64,000 bases of DNA, from NCBI GenBank assembly GCA_038245295.1, contig JBBRSP010000003.1, forward strand, positions 160,001 through 224,000, read 5' to 3'. Below the pieces are notes generated by a model. That model was not told the DNA's origin. It did no database searches and saw only the letters and a program-made list of their open reading frames with translations. Position numbers and translations under genes: made by a program. Shown here piece by piece: positions 47,835 to 56,744 of the stretch (positions are counted from its first letter, which is position 1; each line of letters starts with the position of its first letter). This stretch comes from Candidatus Binatia bacterium. GTDB lineage: Bacteria; Desulfobacterota; Binatia; HRBIN30.

Positions 47835-48014
47835 CTTCGCCGGCGTGACAGCGACTCCGTTCCCGAGAAACTCGACACTCTCGAAGGCGGGAATCGAGGG
47901 ATGGAATCGAAACTGTTCGTCGTTGCTTGCTTTCCGGGACTGGATAACGCCTTTCGTCCGTATGACGGATGTTCGGCATTGGTTGTGAGACACCCTCTTT
48001 AGCCCACGGCGTGC

Positions 48015-50165
48015 TCAGGCGGCCGCGGCAATTGCCCGACGCGGTAGACGTACGATGAACGTCGAGCCCTTGCCGAGCTCACTCTCGAGCCGAACTTCGG
48101 CGTCGAGCATGAGGGCGAGCTGGCGCACGATGTAGAGCCCTAGGCCCACTCCCGTGCGACTCAGCGAACGCGCCGCGTCAACCTGTTCGAAGGCGCGGAA
48201 CACACGCGCTTGTTCATCGGGCGCAATGCCGATGCCGGTATCGGCGACGCGTAGTTCGAGCCCATCCGGCGTCGGTACGAGCGACACGGTGACCGAGCCA
48301 CTCTCGGTAAACTTGACCGCGTTGCTGATGAGATTCTTGGCGATCACCATGAGCTTGCCGGCATCGGTGGCGATGGGTGGCAGTGTCGTTGGGATCTCCC
48401 AGCGCAGCTCGACCCCCGGCTTGCTCCACGTCGGCGGCGCATCGCGCTGCATCTGGGTGAAGAAGTCACCGACGTGCAGAGTGCTGGTCTCGATGTGAAT
48501 TCGCCCTGACTCGACGCGACTGAAGTCGAGTGTCGCACTGATCAATTCGTGCAGGCGATGCGCCTCCCGCAACATGCGCGAGATGATTTCGTGCTGGTCG
48601 GGCGTCAGTGCGCCGAACTCGGGATCGAGGAGCATGGTGTTGTACCCAATGATCACGTTGAGCGGCGTGCGTAGCTCGTGCGACATGGTCGCCACGAAGT
48701 CGGATTTAGCGCTGTTGGCCTGTGCCAACTCGTCGAGCAGTAAGCTGCTCTGTAACGCCAAGGAGAACAGCTGGGCCATGCCGACGGCGAGGCGGCGCTC
48801 GGCGACTGTGAACGGTACGTCGGCCCGCCGCCCGACGGCAAGCGAGCCGAACAGGTCCGGGCCGACACGGAGCGCCAGGTGGTTGGAGACGCTGATGCCG
48901 ATGCGGCGAAGAACCCAACCCTCGTCCGGCGGTAGCTCCGAAACGCGCAGCACGACCAGCGGTGACTCCTGCAAAGCCTGGAAGAGCTTCACTCCGGCTC
49001 CGGCGGCTGTTCCGCGCAGTACCCGCAGCTCCTCGTCTTCTTGAACACTCAAGCCGTGCGAGGTGATGGGCAGGTAGGCCTGCTGCTGCACATCCCAACG
49101 AAACAGCGCCGCAGCATCGGCAGTCAGGAGCTCGCAGGCGGTGTCGCAAAACACCTTACTGAGCTCGCGTAGAGAGCGGACGACGAGAATCTCTCGCGCC
49201 ACCCGTCCGAGAGCGCCGAGCACATACGCTTCCTCACGTTGGAGGTCCTCGGCCTGCTTGCGATCGGTGATGTCGAGCGCCACGCCGACGGTACCGAGAG
49301 TTGCACCGTCCTGCCGCAGCGCCTCCACAGTGCACGCAAACACCCGACCATCGGAGCTCACCTCGAAGTTGCCCACATGGCCGGCGAGGGCCTGATCATG
49401 TGCCGCCAGGGCCTCGGCGTTGTGACGCAACGCCCCGAAGGCTTCGGCGGTGCGCGAGCCCGACGCGTCCTGCGAGATCGCCGCCAACCGTGTCAGTCCA
49501 CTGCCGGCGGCGTGGGTGACGTGTAGCTTGCGGTCGGTGGTCCAGACGACCACGGGCAGCTGCTCGACGAGCTGACGCAAGCGGCGTTCGGAAAACTGCA
49601 GGCGCTGGCTCTGCAGGAAACGCTCATGGCGATCACGATCCGCCGCCGCTGCTGCCGAAACGGAAAGTCCAAGGGCAATCAGCGGCCCGAAGAGCTGATG
49701 GACTTCGGCCGTGCCGGCGCTCATACCGCGGCTGAACGTAAGCGCCAACGACAGCAGCAGGACGCTCGTGGCGGCCGACGCAAACTGCGCCCACGCGCCC
49801 CACGGGAAGAGCGATGCGGTGGCAACAACCTTCAAGGACACCATCAGTGCAGCGCCGGAAGCCGTGGCGCCGGCGAAAGGCAGTTGCGCCGTCAGCGCCG
49901 CGGTCCACAACCCATCGAAGAAGATCAGCGCCGCCTCGGGGCGACCGCGCAGCGGCCCTTGCACCGCCCAGCGCATCACAAAGGCGATGGCGATCATGGC
50001 GGCATAGAGCGGTAAGGCCGGCTGAAACTTCTGTGGGGCGAGGAAGAAATCGCCGGCCGCATACAGGCAGACCAGGCCGGCGACGACCGGCGGAAAAGAT
50101 CCTACGGCCTGGCGTAGGATCTCGCGTCGATGGTTGACGAATGCGTCGTCGTCGGTGTTGCTCAT
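48015..50165 (-). CDS. Membrane sensor histidine kinase (TM region-PAS-GAF-HisKA-HATPase)
   Basis: About 5 TMs, LPVVVWTTD..DITDRK PAS/PAC, MSHELRTPLN, NAVKFT, DTGIG, GVGLGL. Confidence 0.9.
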   Translation of the reverse strand: MSNTDDDAFVNHRREILRQAVGSFPPVVAGLVCLYAAGDFFLAPQKFQPALPLYAAMIAIAFVMRWAVQGPLRGRPEAALIFFDGLWTAALTAQLPFAGATASGAALMVSLKVVATASLFPWGAWAQFASAATSVLLLSLALTFSRGMSAGTAEVHQLFGPLIALGLSVSAAAAADRDRHERFLQSQRLQFSERRLRQLVEQLPVVVWTTDRKLHVTHAAGSGLTRLAAISQDASGSRTAEAFGALRHNAEALAAHDQALAGHVGNFEVSSDGRVFACTVEALRQDGATLGTVGVALDITDRKQAEDLQREEAYVLGALGRVAREILVVRSLRELSKVFCDTACELLTADAAALFRWDVQQQAYLPITSHGLSVQEDEELRVLRGTAAGAGVKLFQALQESPLVVLRVSELPPDEGWVLRRIGISVSNHLALRVGPDLFGSLAVGRRADVPFTVAERRLAVGMAQLFSLALQSSLLLDELAQANSAKSDFVATMSHELRTPLNVIIGYNTMLLDPEFGALTPDQHEIISRMLREAHRLHELISATLDFSRVESGRIHIETSTLHVGDFFTQMQRDAPPTWSKPGVELRWEIPTTLPPIATDAGKLMVIAKNLISNAVKFTESGSVTVSLVPTPDGLELRVADTGIGIAPDEQARVFRAFEQVDAARSLSRTGVGLGLYIVRQLALMLDAEVRLESELGKGSTFIVRLPRRAIAAAA

Positions 50166-50186
50166 GGCGGGCTGGCGCCCGAAGCC

Positions 50187-50990
50187 TTATCGCGCCTGCC
50201 AGCGCGGTTTGCGCTTCTCGATGAACGAGCGCGGTCCTTCCTTATGATCGTCGGACTGTTCGACGATCTCGAGATATCCGGCGGCAATCTCCTCGGCCTG
50301 CGGAATCGGCAGCCCGAGTCCCTGGAGGATGCCCATCTTCGTTCCCCACACCGCCAGCGGCGAGTTGGTGAGGATCATCGCCGCCAATTCGCGCGCCCGG
50401 GGCATCAGTTGATCGTGCGGCACCACCTCGGTAACGAGGCCAATCTCATAGGCGCGTTGCGCTGTCATGCGTTCGCGACTGCCGAGCAACGCCATGCGTA
50501 GGCAGGCGGCTACCGGGACACGGCGTGCCATGTTGACCATTTCGTGTGAGGAAACGTAGCCGATCGAAACGTGGGGATCGACGAAGTAGGCCTTCTCCGA
50601 AGCGATGGGAATGTCGGACTCGCTGACGAGATCAAGGGAGAACCCGGCGACGACTCCGTTGACCGCCGCGATCACCGGCTTGTGCACGCGCATGCGACGC
50701 GGCGTCGGCAGATCGACGATGCCGTCGATCATCGACAACTCGCGCCAGCGATCCGGTTTGACGAAGCCGCCGGTCGCCAGCGATTCGACATCCGCGCCGC
50801 TGGAAAAGCCGTCGCCGGCGCCGGTGATGATCGCCACCCAGATCTCCGGATCGGCCTTCACCATCTTCCAGCATTCGCGCAAGTCGTCCTTGAGCTGCTG
50901 GTTCATGGCATTCTTGCGCTCCGGTCGGTTGAGCGTGATGGTCGCGACGCGGTCGCTGACGTCGAAGAGGACGGTTTCGAAGTTGCTCAT
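50187..50990 (-). CDS. Enoyl-CoA hydratase/isomerase family protein
   Basis: TLNRPERKNA, FSSGAD, KPVIAAVNG, EG..SF.EKRKP. Confidence 0.92.
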   Translation of the reverse strand: MSNFETVLFDVSDRVATITLNRPERKNAMNQQLKDDLRECWKMVKADPEIWVAIITGAGDGFSSGADVESLATGGFVKPDRWRELSMIDGIVDLPTPRRMRVHKPVIAAVNGVVAGFSLDLVSESDIPIASEKAYFVDPHVSIGYVSSHEMVNMARRVPVAACLRMALLGSRERMTAQRAYEIGLVTEVVPHDQLMPRARELAAMILTNSPLAVWGTKMGILQGLGLPIPQAEEIAAGYLEIVEQSDDHKEGPRSFIEKRKPRWQAR

Positions 50991-51071
50991 CGGGCGGTTT
51001 CTCCTGTCTTTGCTGGCATACACACGCGTCCACGGCGTCGCAACTAGACTTCGGCGGCGACCTGCAGTTGT

Positions 51072-51100
51072 CGTAGGGCGGTTCCCGAACCGCCCCTACG
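51072..51100. repeat. GTAG-type REP palindrome
   Basis: cgtagggcggttcccgaaccgcccctacg; related copy at 59426-59450. Confidence 0.75.
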
Positions 51101-51563
51101 ATTCGCGAAAAAGCGCCGCCGCCTCGGGGTGACCGAGCACACGCGTCGAGCGTTTGGTGATTAGCCAGCGACCGTCGCGCTTGTGCATCTCCCAGCGATT
51201 GAAGCTGAGGCGCCACAGATCGATCTGTTCGCTCTTGCGTAAGTAGAGGCGCGAGTAACCGGTGGCGATGGCCCTGTCGTCGTGCAACTCGACGCGAATC
51301 GGGCCGATGGTGTGAGCACAATCCGGCAGCAGCGATTGATGGCGTTCGCCGGCCACCATTTCGGCGATCTCGGCGCGACCGCGCATCTCCATCACATCAA
51401 TGTCGTACGTCGCCTCTGGTGCGAACAACTCGGCCGTGCGTGAGGCGTCGCCCGTATCGACGGCGAAGCCATAACTGACGATGATGTTGCGGATCGCCAG
51501 CTCGTCCTCGAGCGTCACAACGCGCCTGGTCAGCTCGGCCAGTTGTTGATCGATGTCGCTCAT
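51096..51563 (-). CDS. SnoaL/NTF2-like protein
   Basis: LEDELAIR..Y..AVD..LF, GRAEI, GRWLITKR. Confidence 0.85.
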   Translation of the reverse strand: MSDIDQQLAELTRRVVTLEDELAIRNIIVSYGFAVDTGDASRTAELFAPEATYDIDVMEMRGRAEIAEMVAGERHQSLLPDCAHTIGPIRVELHDDRAIATGYSRLYLRKSEQIDLWRLSFNRWEMHKRDGRWLITKRSTRVLGHPEAAALFRES

Positions 51564-51572
51564 GGCGTGTCC

Positions 51573-52412
51573 TTACAACGACGGCACTTCCAGCCGCCGA
51601 CCTTCTTCGAGGATGAGGTACTGGCGTTGCGCGTCATTTTGTAACTCCCGCCCAGCACGACCGCCGTTGCCATCGGCACGCACGACGCAAGCGCCGTCCG
51701 GTGCATACTGCAGGATGTAGGTTTTGCGAACCGCATCACTGCGATTCGGACCAGTGAGATGCGGCGTCAAAGAAGAGAAGAGTACAACCCCGCCGGCGCG
51801 CACTGGCGCGGCGACGGCGCCTCGCACATCACCGCTCAAGCACTCGAAGCCGAGAGGCGTTAGATGATGCGAGAGGGTGCCGGCGCGATGCAGGCCAGGC
51901 ACAACCCATGGGCAACCATTCGCTACCGTTGCGTCCGTCAGCGCTACCCAGCAGGTCAGATAGGACTGCGGCTCGACGTAGGTGTAGCCGTTGTCCTGAT
52001 GCCACGGGAACGGCTGCGGCTTCTCGGGGCGTTTGTACACCGACTGATCCCAGTAGAGTCGCACCGACGGACCGATGAGATCGTGAGCCACGTCCTGGAA
52101 GAAGGGAAGGGCGGCGAAACGTCGTGCCACGGCCGACCGCGTGACCAGATGCGGCGTGAAGCTGATCGTTTTGGCGTCGGAGATGAGGAACTTACCGTCA
52201 GGCTGTTCGGCGAGAAACGCCAGCGTCGTCGCGTCGAGCTCGTCTATTCTAACGGTAAGCTCGTCGATCAGGTCCAGCTCGATGGCGTCCTCGACGACAA
52301 CGAACCCCTGCTCGTCGTACTGTCTTACCTGCGCTAGGCTGAGTCGCTCCAGCGACTCCCCGTGTGACGGCCAGACAAATCCTTCATTCCATGGATGGGG
52401 TTCGTACCGCAT
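51573..52412 (-). CDS. Phytanoyl-CoA dioxygenase-family Fe(II)/2-oxoglutarate enzyme
   Basis: YDEQGF, WHQD (HxD), WVALTD..NGC..VPGLH, H..GPN.S..R. Confidence 0.9.
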   Translation of the reverse strand: MRYEPHPWNEGFVWPSHGESLERLSLAQVRQYDEQGFVVVEDAIELDLIDELTVRIDELDATTLAFLAEQPDGKFLISDAKTISFTPHLVTRSAVARRFAALPFFQDVAHDLIGPSVRLYWDQSVYKRPEKPQPFPWHQDNGYTYVEPQSYLTCWVALTDATVANGCPWVVPGLHRAGTLSHHLTPLGFECLSGDVRGAVAAPVRAGGVVLFSSLTPHLTGPNRSDAVRKTYILQYAPDGACVVRADGNGGRAGRELQNDAQRQYLILEEGRRLEVPSL

Positions 52413-52414
52413 GG

Positions 52415-52849
52415 TCAGCGATCGATCTCCCAGACCGGCAGATAGATCTCCTCGGTCAAGCGTTTAAAGGCGACGCGCACCGGCATTCCAAAACTCATCT
52501 CCTCGGGCGTGCAGTCGATCATGTGCCCCACCATACGCGGCCCCTCGGTCGTGGCAACGACAACCGGGATATGCGGCAGCGTCACCTCGAAGGCCGGCAG
52601 AAACGGAGCGTAGGCGACGACGTAGGTGTACACCGTGCCGCGGCCGCTGGCTTCGAACCACTCGAGATCGCCCCAGTGCCAATACAGAGGCTTTGGCGGC
52701 CAATGCAGAGTGCCGTCACGGCGATCGCGCTGCAGCATGAGTTTGCCGGCGCGGGCGCCGTCCCAGTACGGACGGATGATCGGGTCGCTCAGATCCGGCA
52801 GCGGGTAGTCGGGATGCAGCGGTCGGGAGTCGGAAACAATTCGTGCCAT
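52415..52849 (-). CDS. DUF35 OB-fold protein (ChsH2 C-terminal-like) lacking zinc-ribbon cysteines
   Basis: PYWDGARAGKLMLQR..PP..EW..ASGRGTVYTY..EGPRM..GMPVRV.F; ATG at 52849. Confidence 0.85.
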   Translation of the reverse strand: MARIVSDSRPLHPDYPLPDLSDPIIRPYWDGARAGKLMLQRDRRDGTLHWPPKPLYWHWGDLEWFEASGRGTVYTYVVAYAPFLPAFEVTLPHIPVVVATTEGPRMVGHMIDCTPEEMSFGMPVRVAFKRLTEEIYLPVWEIDR

Positions 52850-52854
52850 CACAT

Positions 52855-54024
52855 TCACTCCGTGCGCAGGACGACGGCGCTGGTGGCGACACCGGAGGCG
52901 CCGGTAACCAGCGTCGCCTTGCAGTCGGTGACCTGGTTGACTGAGGTGCCGCGCAGTTGGCGGACGCCTTCGACGATCAGGTTGAAGCCGTGCACGTAGG
53001 CTTCCGACAGACCGCCGCCGGAAGTCAGCACCGGCAACTCGCCACCCAGCTCGATGCGGCCGTTGTCGGTGAACGGTCCGCCTTCGCCGCGTTTGCAAAA
53101 GCCGTAGTCCTCGAGGCCGCTGATCACCAACGGCGTGAAGGCGTCGTAGATCTGCGCGCAGTCCATGTCCTTCGGCTGCAGTTGCGAGCGCTTCCACAGC
53201 TGCTCGGCGCAGAAGACAGCCGTCGTCTCCATGCCGGGCGAGTTGTTGTAGTTGGCCAGGTGAACCGGATTCGGGCCCGAAGCCTGCGCCAACGAGTGCA
53301 GCAGGATCGGCTTCTGCGCCAGGTCGCGCGCCCGCTCGACGCTGGTGACGATGCAGGCCAGTGCACCGTCCGTTTCCAGGCAGCAATCGTAGAGATTGAG
53401 CGGGTAGCCGATCATGCGGCCTTTGAAGTAGGTCTCGCGGTCGAGTTTCTTGGTGCCCATCATGGCGTAGGGATTGTTGTTGGCGTGTTTGCGCGCCGCG
53501 ATGGCGACGTTGGCGAAGTGATCGCGCGTCGTGCCGAACTCGTGCATGTGACGATGCGCCCACATGCCGATGATATCGACCGGTCGCATCAGACCCCAAG
53601 GAATGTGCAGCGCCTTATCGTCTTTGACCAGCTCACGTTCCTGAGCCCATGGGCGCGACGCCTTCGAGCCGCGATTGCGGGCGCGATGACAACTGACCAC
53701 CGACGCGAGGCCGGTGGCGACAGCAGCGGCGGCGTGCATCAGAGTCGCGGCGGAGGCCCCACCACCGTACGAGATCTTGTCCCACCAGCGCAGGTTCTTG
53801 ACGCCGACACGCCGAGCGATCGACACCTCGTGGGTGTTCTCCATCTCGAACATGCTCATGCCGTCGAGCTCTTCGGGTCTTAGCCCGGCGTCGACCAGCG
53901 CCAGTTGGATCGCTTCGACGGCGGTGTCACCGATCGGCCGCCCGATGTCTTTGGCGAACGGGAGATGGCCGATGCCAACAATGGCGACTTTGTCCTGGAT
54001 GCGTTTGAAGAGGTCTTGATCCAT
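52855..54024 (-). CDS. Thiolase-fold SCP2/Ltp2-type protein (probable aldolase)
   Basis: AIVGIG, DCCLETDGA, IYDAF, SGGGLSEAYVHG, VRQLRG. Confidence 0.88.
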   Translation of the reverse strand: MDQDLFKRIQDKVAIVGIGHLPFAKDIGRPIGDTAVEAIQLALVDAGLRPEELDGMSMFEMENTHEVSIARRVGVKNLRWWDKISYGGGASAATLMHAAAAVATGLASVVSCHRARNRGSKASRPWAQERELVKDDKALHIPWGLMRPVDIIGMWAHRHMHEFGTTRDHFANVAIAARKHANNNPYAMMGTKKLDRETYFKGRMIGYPLNLYDCCLETDGALACIVTSVERARDLAQKPILLHSLAQASGPNPVHLANYNNSPGMETTAVFCAEQLWKRSQLQPKDMDCAQIYDAFTPLVISGLEDYGFCKRGEGGPFTDNGRIELGGELPVLTSGGGLSEAYVHGFNLIVEGVRQLRGTSVNQVTDCKATLVTGASGVATSAVVLRTE

Positions 54025-54027
54025 CGA

Positions 54028-54465
54028 CTACCGCCACCCGATCGGCTCGTAGCCGCGTTCCCGCAGGCAGCGATCGACGAAGCTCTGCGTCACCGGATCC
54101 GGTCCACTCTGCGTAAACAATCCCGATAACAGTCCCGCCGTCGCCCCGGTTGCCGCACCAACCGCCGCGCCGGTCCCCGCATCACCGGTGATCGCGCCGC
54201 CGACGGCGCCGACCGCCGCGCCGCCGGCGGCGCCGACGCCGGTCGACTTCGCGGTGGAAGCGGCTTTGGTCGAGGTCGCCGAGCCGACGTTGTCGTGAGC
54301 CAGCTGCAGGCATTCGTCGGTGTCACGCTGCGCGGTTGCTGCACCGCGCTGCTGCAAGGTTGCGTTCGGGTACAACACCGGCCGCGGCGCGGCGCAGCCA
54401 GTCATCGCGATCAACGCGCACAGGGGAACTAACCGTCGTGGAAGACTCGGGGATAGATTTCGCAT
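54028..54465 (-). CDS. Glycine-zipper lipoprotein
   Basis: MTGC lipobox, GAAGGAAVGAVGGA zipper, CL..RGY. Confidence 0.85.
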   Translation of the reverse strand: MRNLSPSLPRRLVPLCALIAMTGCAAPRPVLYPNATLQQRGAATAQRDTDECLQLAHDNVGSATSTKAASTAKSTGVGAAGGAAVGAVGGAITGDAGTGAAVGAATGATAGLLSGLFTQSGPDPVTQSFVDRCLRERGYEPIGWR

Positions 54466-54507
54466 GGCGGCATTTTAACCACGCGTGCAGAGGGGCGTCG
54501 AGGGCCA

Positions 54508-55317
54508 TCAGCCTGCGCTGGCGGCGCTGCGCTCAAAGTGCGCCGCGACCGCCGCCAACCACGCGGCCGGATCGTCCTCCTGCGGCGAGTGGCCGGCGTT
54601 GGGAATGATGGCGAAGTGGGCACCGGGAATCGCCGCCGCTAGCGCTTCCGATGCGTGCCTCAGGCCGTGATCATTTTCCCCAAGAATGACCGTGGTTGGT
54701 ATGCGCAGGGTGGCAAGCTGATCGAGCACCGACTCATGCTCGAGCAGCTCGGCACCGAGCGCCAGGAAGGCGGCGACATCCATCTGTCCCCACTTTGTTC
54801 GCATGCGTTCGAGGGTGATCTCGCCGCGCGGCGAGGTGGCCAGGAAAGGCGAAATGGCTTCGAACACGGCGTTGAGCCCATGCTCGCGCGCCAACTGCAA
54901 TCCGGTGCGCATCATTTCCGGCGCACCTTTGGCGGGGGCTGCGGCCGTGTCCATCAGGATCAGCGACTTCAACCGATCGGGCGCGGCCAGCGCGTAGCGC
55001 ATCGCCATCATCCCACCCATGGAATGACCGAGCAGATGGAAGGACTCGAGGCCGACGGCGTCGACGTAGGATCCGAAATCGGCAACCAGCTGGTCGAACG
55101 AGTAGGTTGCCTCGTCGCCGGTATTGCTGCTCCGCCCGTGACCGCGCTGATCCAGTGTCAGCACGCGATGCGTCGCGGCGAGTGGATCGACGACGTCGAC
55201 CCAGTCGAGGCTACTGCCGGTGAAGCCGTGTACGAGGACGAATGGCTCGCCATGACCGTGCTCCCAGGTGGCGAGTTGGATATCGCCGACGTCGATGAAG
55301 TGTGGTTCCTTGCTCAT
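54508..55317 (-). CDS. Alpha/beta hydrolase
   Basis: HGF, DQRGHG, GHSMGG nucleophile, GEND, AGH. Confidence 0.92.
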   Translation of the reverse strand: MSKEPHFIDVGDIQLATWEHGHGEPFVLVHGFTGSSLDWVDVVDPLAATHRVLTLDQRGHGRSSNTGDEATYSFDQLVADFGSYVDAVGLESFHLLGHSMGGMMAMRYALAAPDRLKSLILMDTAAAPAKGAPEMMRTGLQLAREHGLNAVFEAISPFLATSPRGEITLERMRTKWGQMDVAAFLALGAELLEHESVLDQLATLRIPTTVILGENDHGLRHASEALAAAIPGAHFAIIPNAGHSPQEDDPAAWLAAVAAHFERSAASAG

Positions 55318-55405
55318 CTAGGCTGCCCCCTGTCGTGGTCGTGTCGCGTAGGATTACCCGGTCGTGCTCGGCGCGGCAACGTTTGGGCTGGGATTTCAGT
55401 CGGCT

Positions 55406-55479
55406 GGGCAAGGGCACGGGCAAGGGCAAGGGAGATGGCGCAGCTAAACTTGCCCGTGCCCTTGCCGTTGCCCTTGCCC
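55406..55479. repeat. Inverted hexamer array (gggcaa)n / (ttgccc)n
   Basis: gggcaagggcacgggcaagggcaaggg ... ttgcccgtgcccttgccgttgcccttgccc. Confidence 0.75.
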
Positions 55480-56622
55480 GGTTCCGCCGGCGTTCGCGGC
55501 TATGCCGGCGCCATCCAACCGCACCGCCTGCTGCAGATGAGCCGCCAGCGCGTCGGGTGGCACCCGCGCGTTGCGCCCGGACGTCGACGGCATGAGATAC
55601 GCCGGGCGCCCGCCGAACCCGCCTTCGACCCAACCCGGTTGGGCGCGCCGATCCAGCACGCGCCGCCAACCGTCGAGGCCGACGAAGCAGATGACGCGGG
55701 GCTTGTAGAGCCGGACGAGCTTCTCGACGCGGCGTAGGCCAGCCGCATGCTCCTCGGCAGAGAGCTCGTCGGCACCCGCGGTTGCCCGCTTCACGATGTC
55801 GGTCAGGCCGATGCCGCGCGCCAACGCGTGCAAAGGATCGCGTTCGCGTTCAACGAGGCCTGCCGCCAGCGCTGCCGGCCAGAAGCGGTTGCCCGGGCGC
55901 GCGAATGGGATGCCGCGATCGGCAGAGTAGACGGACGGATTGAGTCCGCAGATCAACAGCCGTAGCCGCGGGCCGATGAGATCGGGCAAGGTCCGGCCGC
56001 GCACGGCGCGGATTGTCAGCCAGAACTTGTCGGTTTGGCTGTCGACGACGATGTCGGTGAATCCGGCGCCCTCGAGCAATTCATGGGCGCGTTGTGGCGA
56101 GTGCTGCGTGAACAGACGTCCGCGTAGGGTGTCATCCGGGTAGCGTCGTTGCGCTTCGCCGCGACGGCGCTGCGCCGCCGTCGTCGGCCCGGAGTCGAGG
56201 CTCGCCAGAGTCAAACCGACCGTTGCCCCGGGACGCAGTGCCCAATGCAGGCGGGCCAACGCCATCGGCAGCATGGGCAGAGGCAGGTGCTGGTAACAGT
56301 TCATCGCCCAGGCGGCGTCGAGGCTGCGGTCGCCAAAGGGCAGGGCGAGTAGGTCGCCGTTCACGCACGGGAGATTCCCGTAGCGACGCCGCGCGTGGCG
56401 CAGCATGGCATGCGCCGCGTCGAGGGCGACCACCCGAAAGCCGGCGCTTCGCAGCCATTCGCCATACCAACCCGGGCCGCAACCGAGATCAGCAACGAGC
56501 GCGCCCGGAGCCAGGGCGCGCGCAAAACGAGCCAAGGTGCCGTCATCAATCCGCCGTGGTGTGCGTGCCGCGATCCACTTCTCGGCGGCGCGCTCGTAGG
56601 CGCGGGTTGTTTGGCGGTCCAT
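55444..56622 (-). CDS. Class I SAM methyltransferase fused to a MUG/TDG-family DNA glycosylase
   Basis: N-half VADLGCGPG, VVALD, GD..LPF..SLD, LRPG; C-half ICGLNPS..FARPGNRFW, GLTD, MPSTSG. Confidence 0.85.
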   Translation of the reverse strand: MDRQTTRAYERAAEKWIAARTPRRIDDGTLARFARALAPGALVADLGCGPGWYGEWLRSAGFRVVALDAAHAMLRHARRRYGNLPCVNGDLLALPFGDRSLDAAWAMNCYQHLPLPMLPMALARLHWALRPGATVGLTLASLDSGPTTAAQRRRGEAQRRYPDDTLRGRLFTQHSPQRAHELLEGAGFTDIVVDSQTDKFWLTIRAVRGRTLPDLIGPRLRLLICGLNPSVYSADRGIPFARPGNRFWPAALAAGLVERERDPLHALARGIGLTDIVKRATAGADELSAEEHAAGLRRVEKLVRLYKPRVICFVGLDGWRRVLDRRAQPGWVEGGFGGRPAYLMPSTSGRNARVPPDALAAHLQQAVRLDGAGIAANAGGTGQGQRQGHGQV

Positions 56623-56744
56623 GCGCCAGCGTAAACATAGGGAGGCGTGCTGCTTCAATCCCTCGCGCCATCGTGGGCTCGGCAGAAAACGCCAGATACA
56701 CAATTGCATCGGCCGGCTCGTCTCCGTAGAACGACAAGAAGCTC

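Noticed and set aside
52850..53599. Long N-terminal extension of the DUF35 ORF in the track
   Set aside because: Overlaps the thiolase gene out of frame; the recognisable domain begins at ATG 52849
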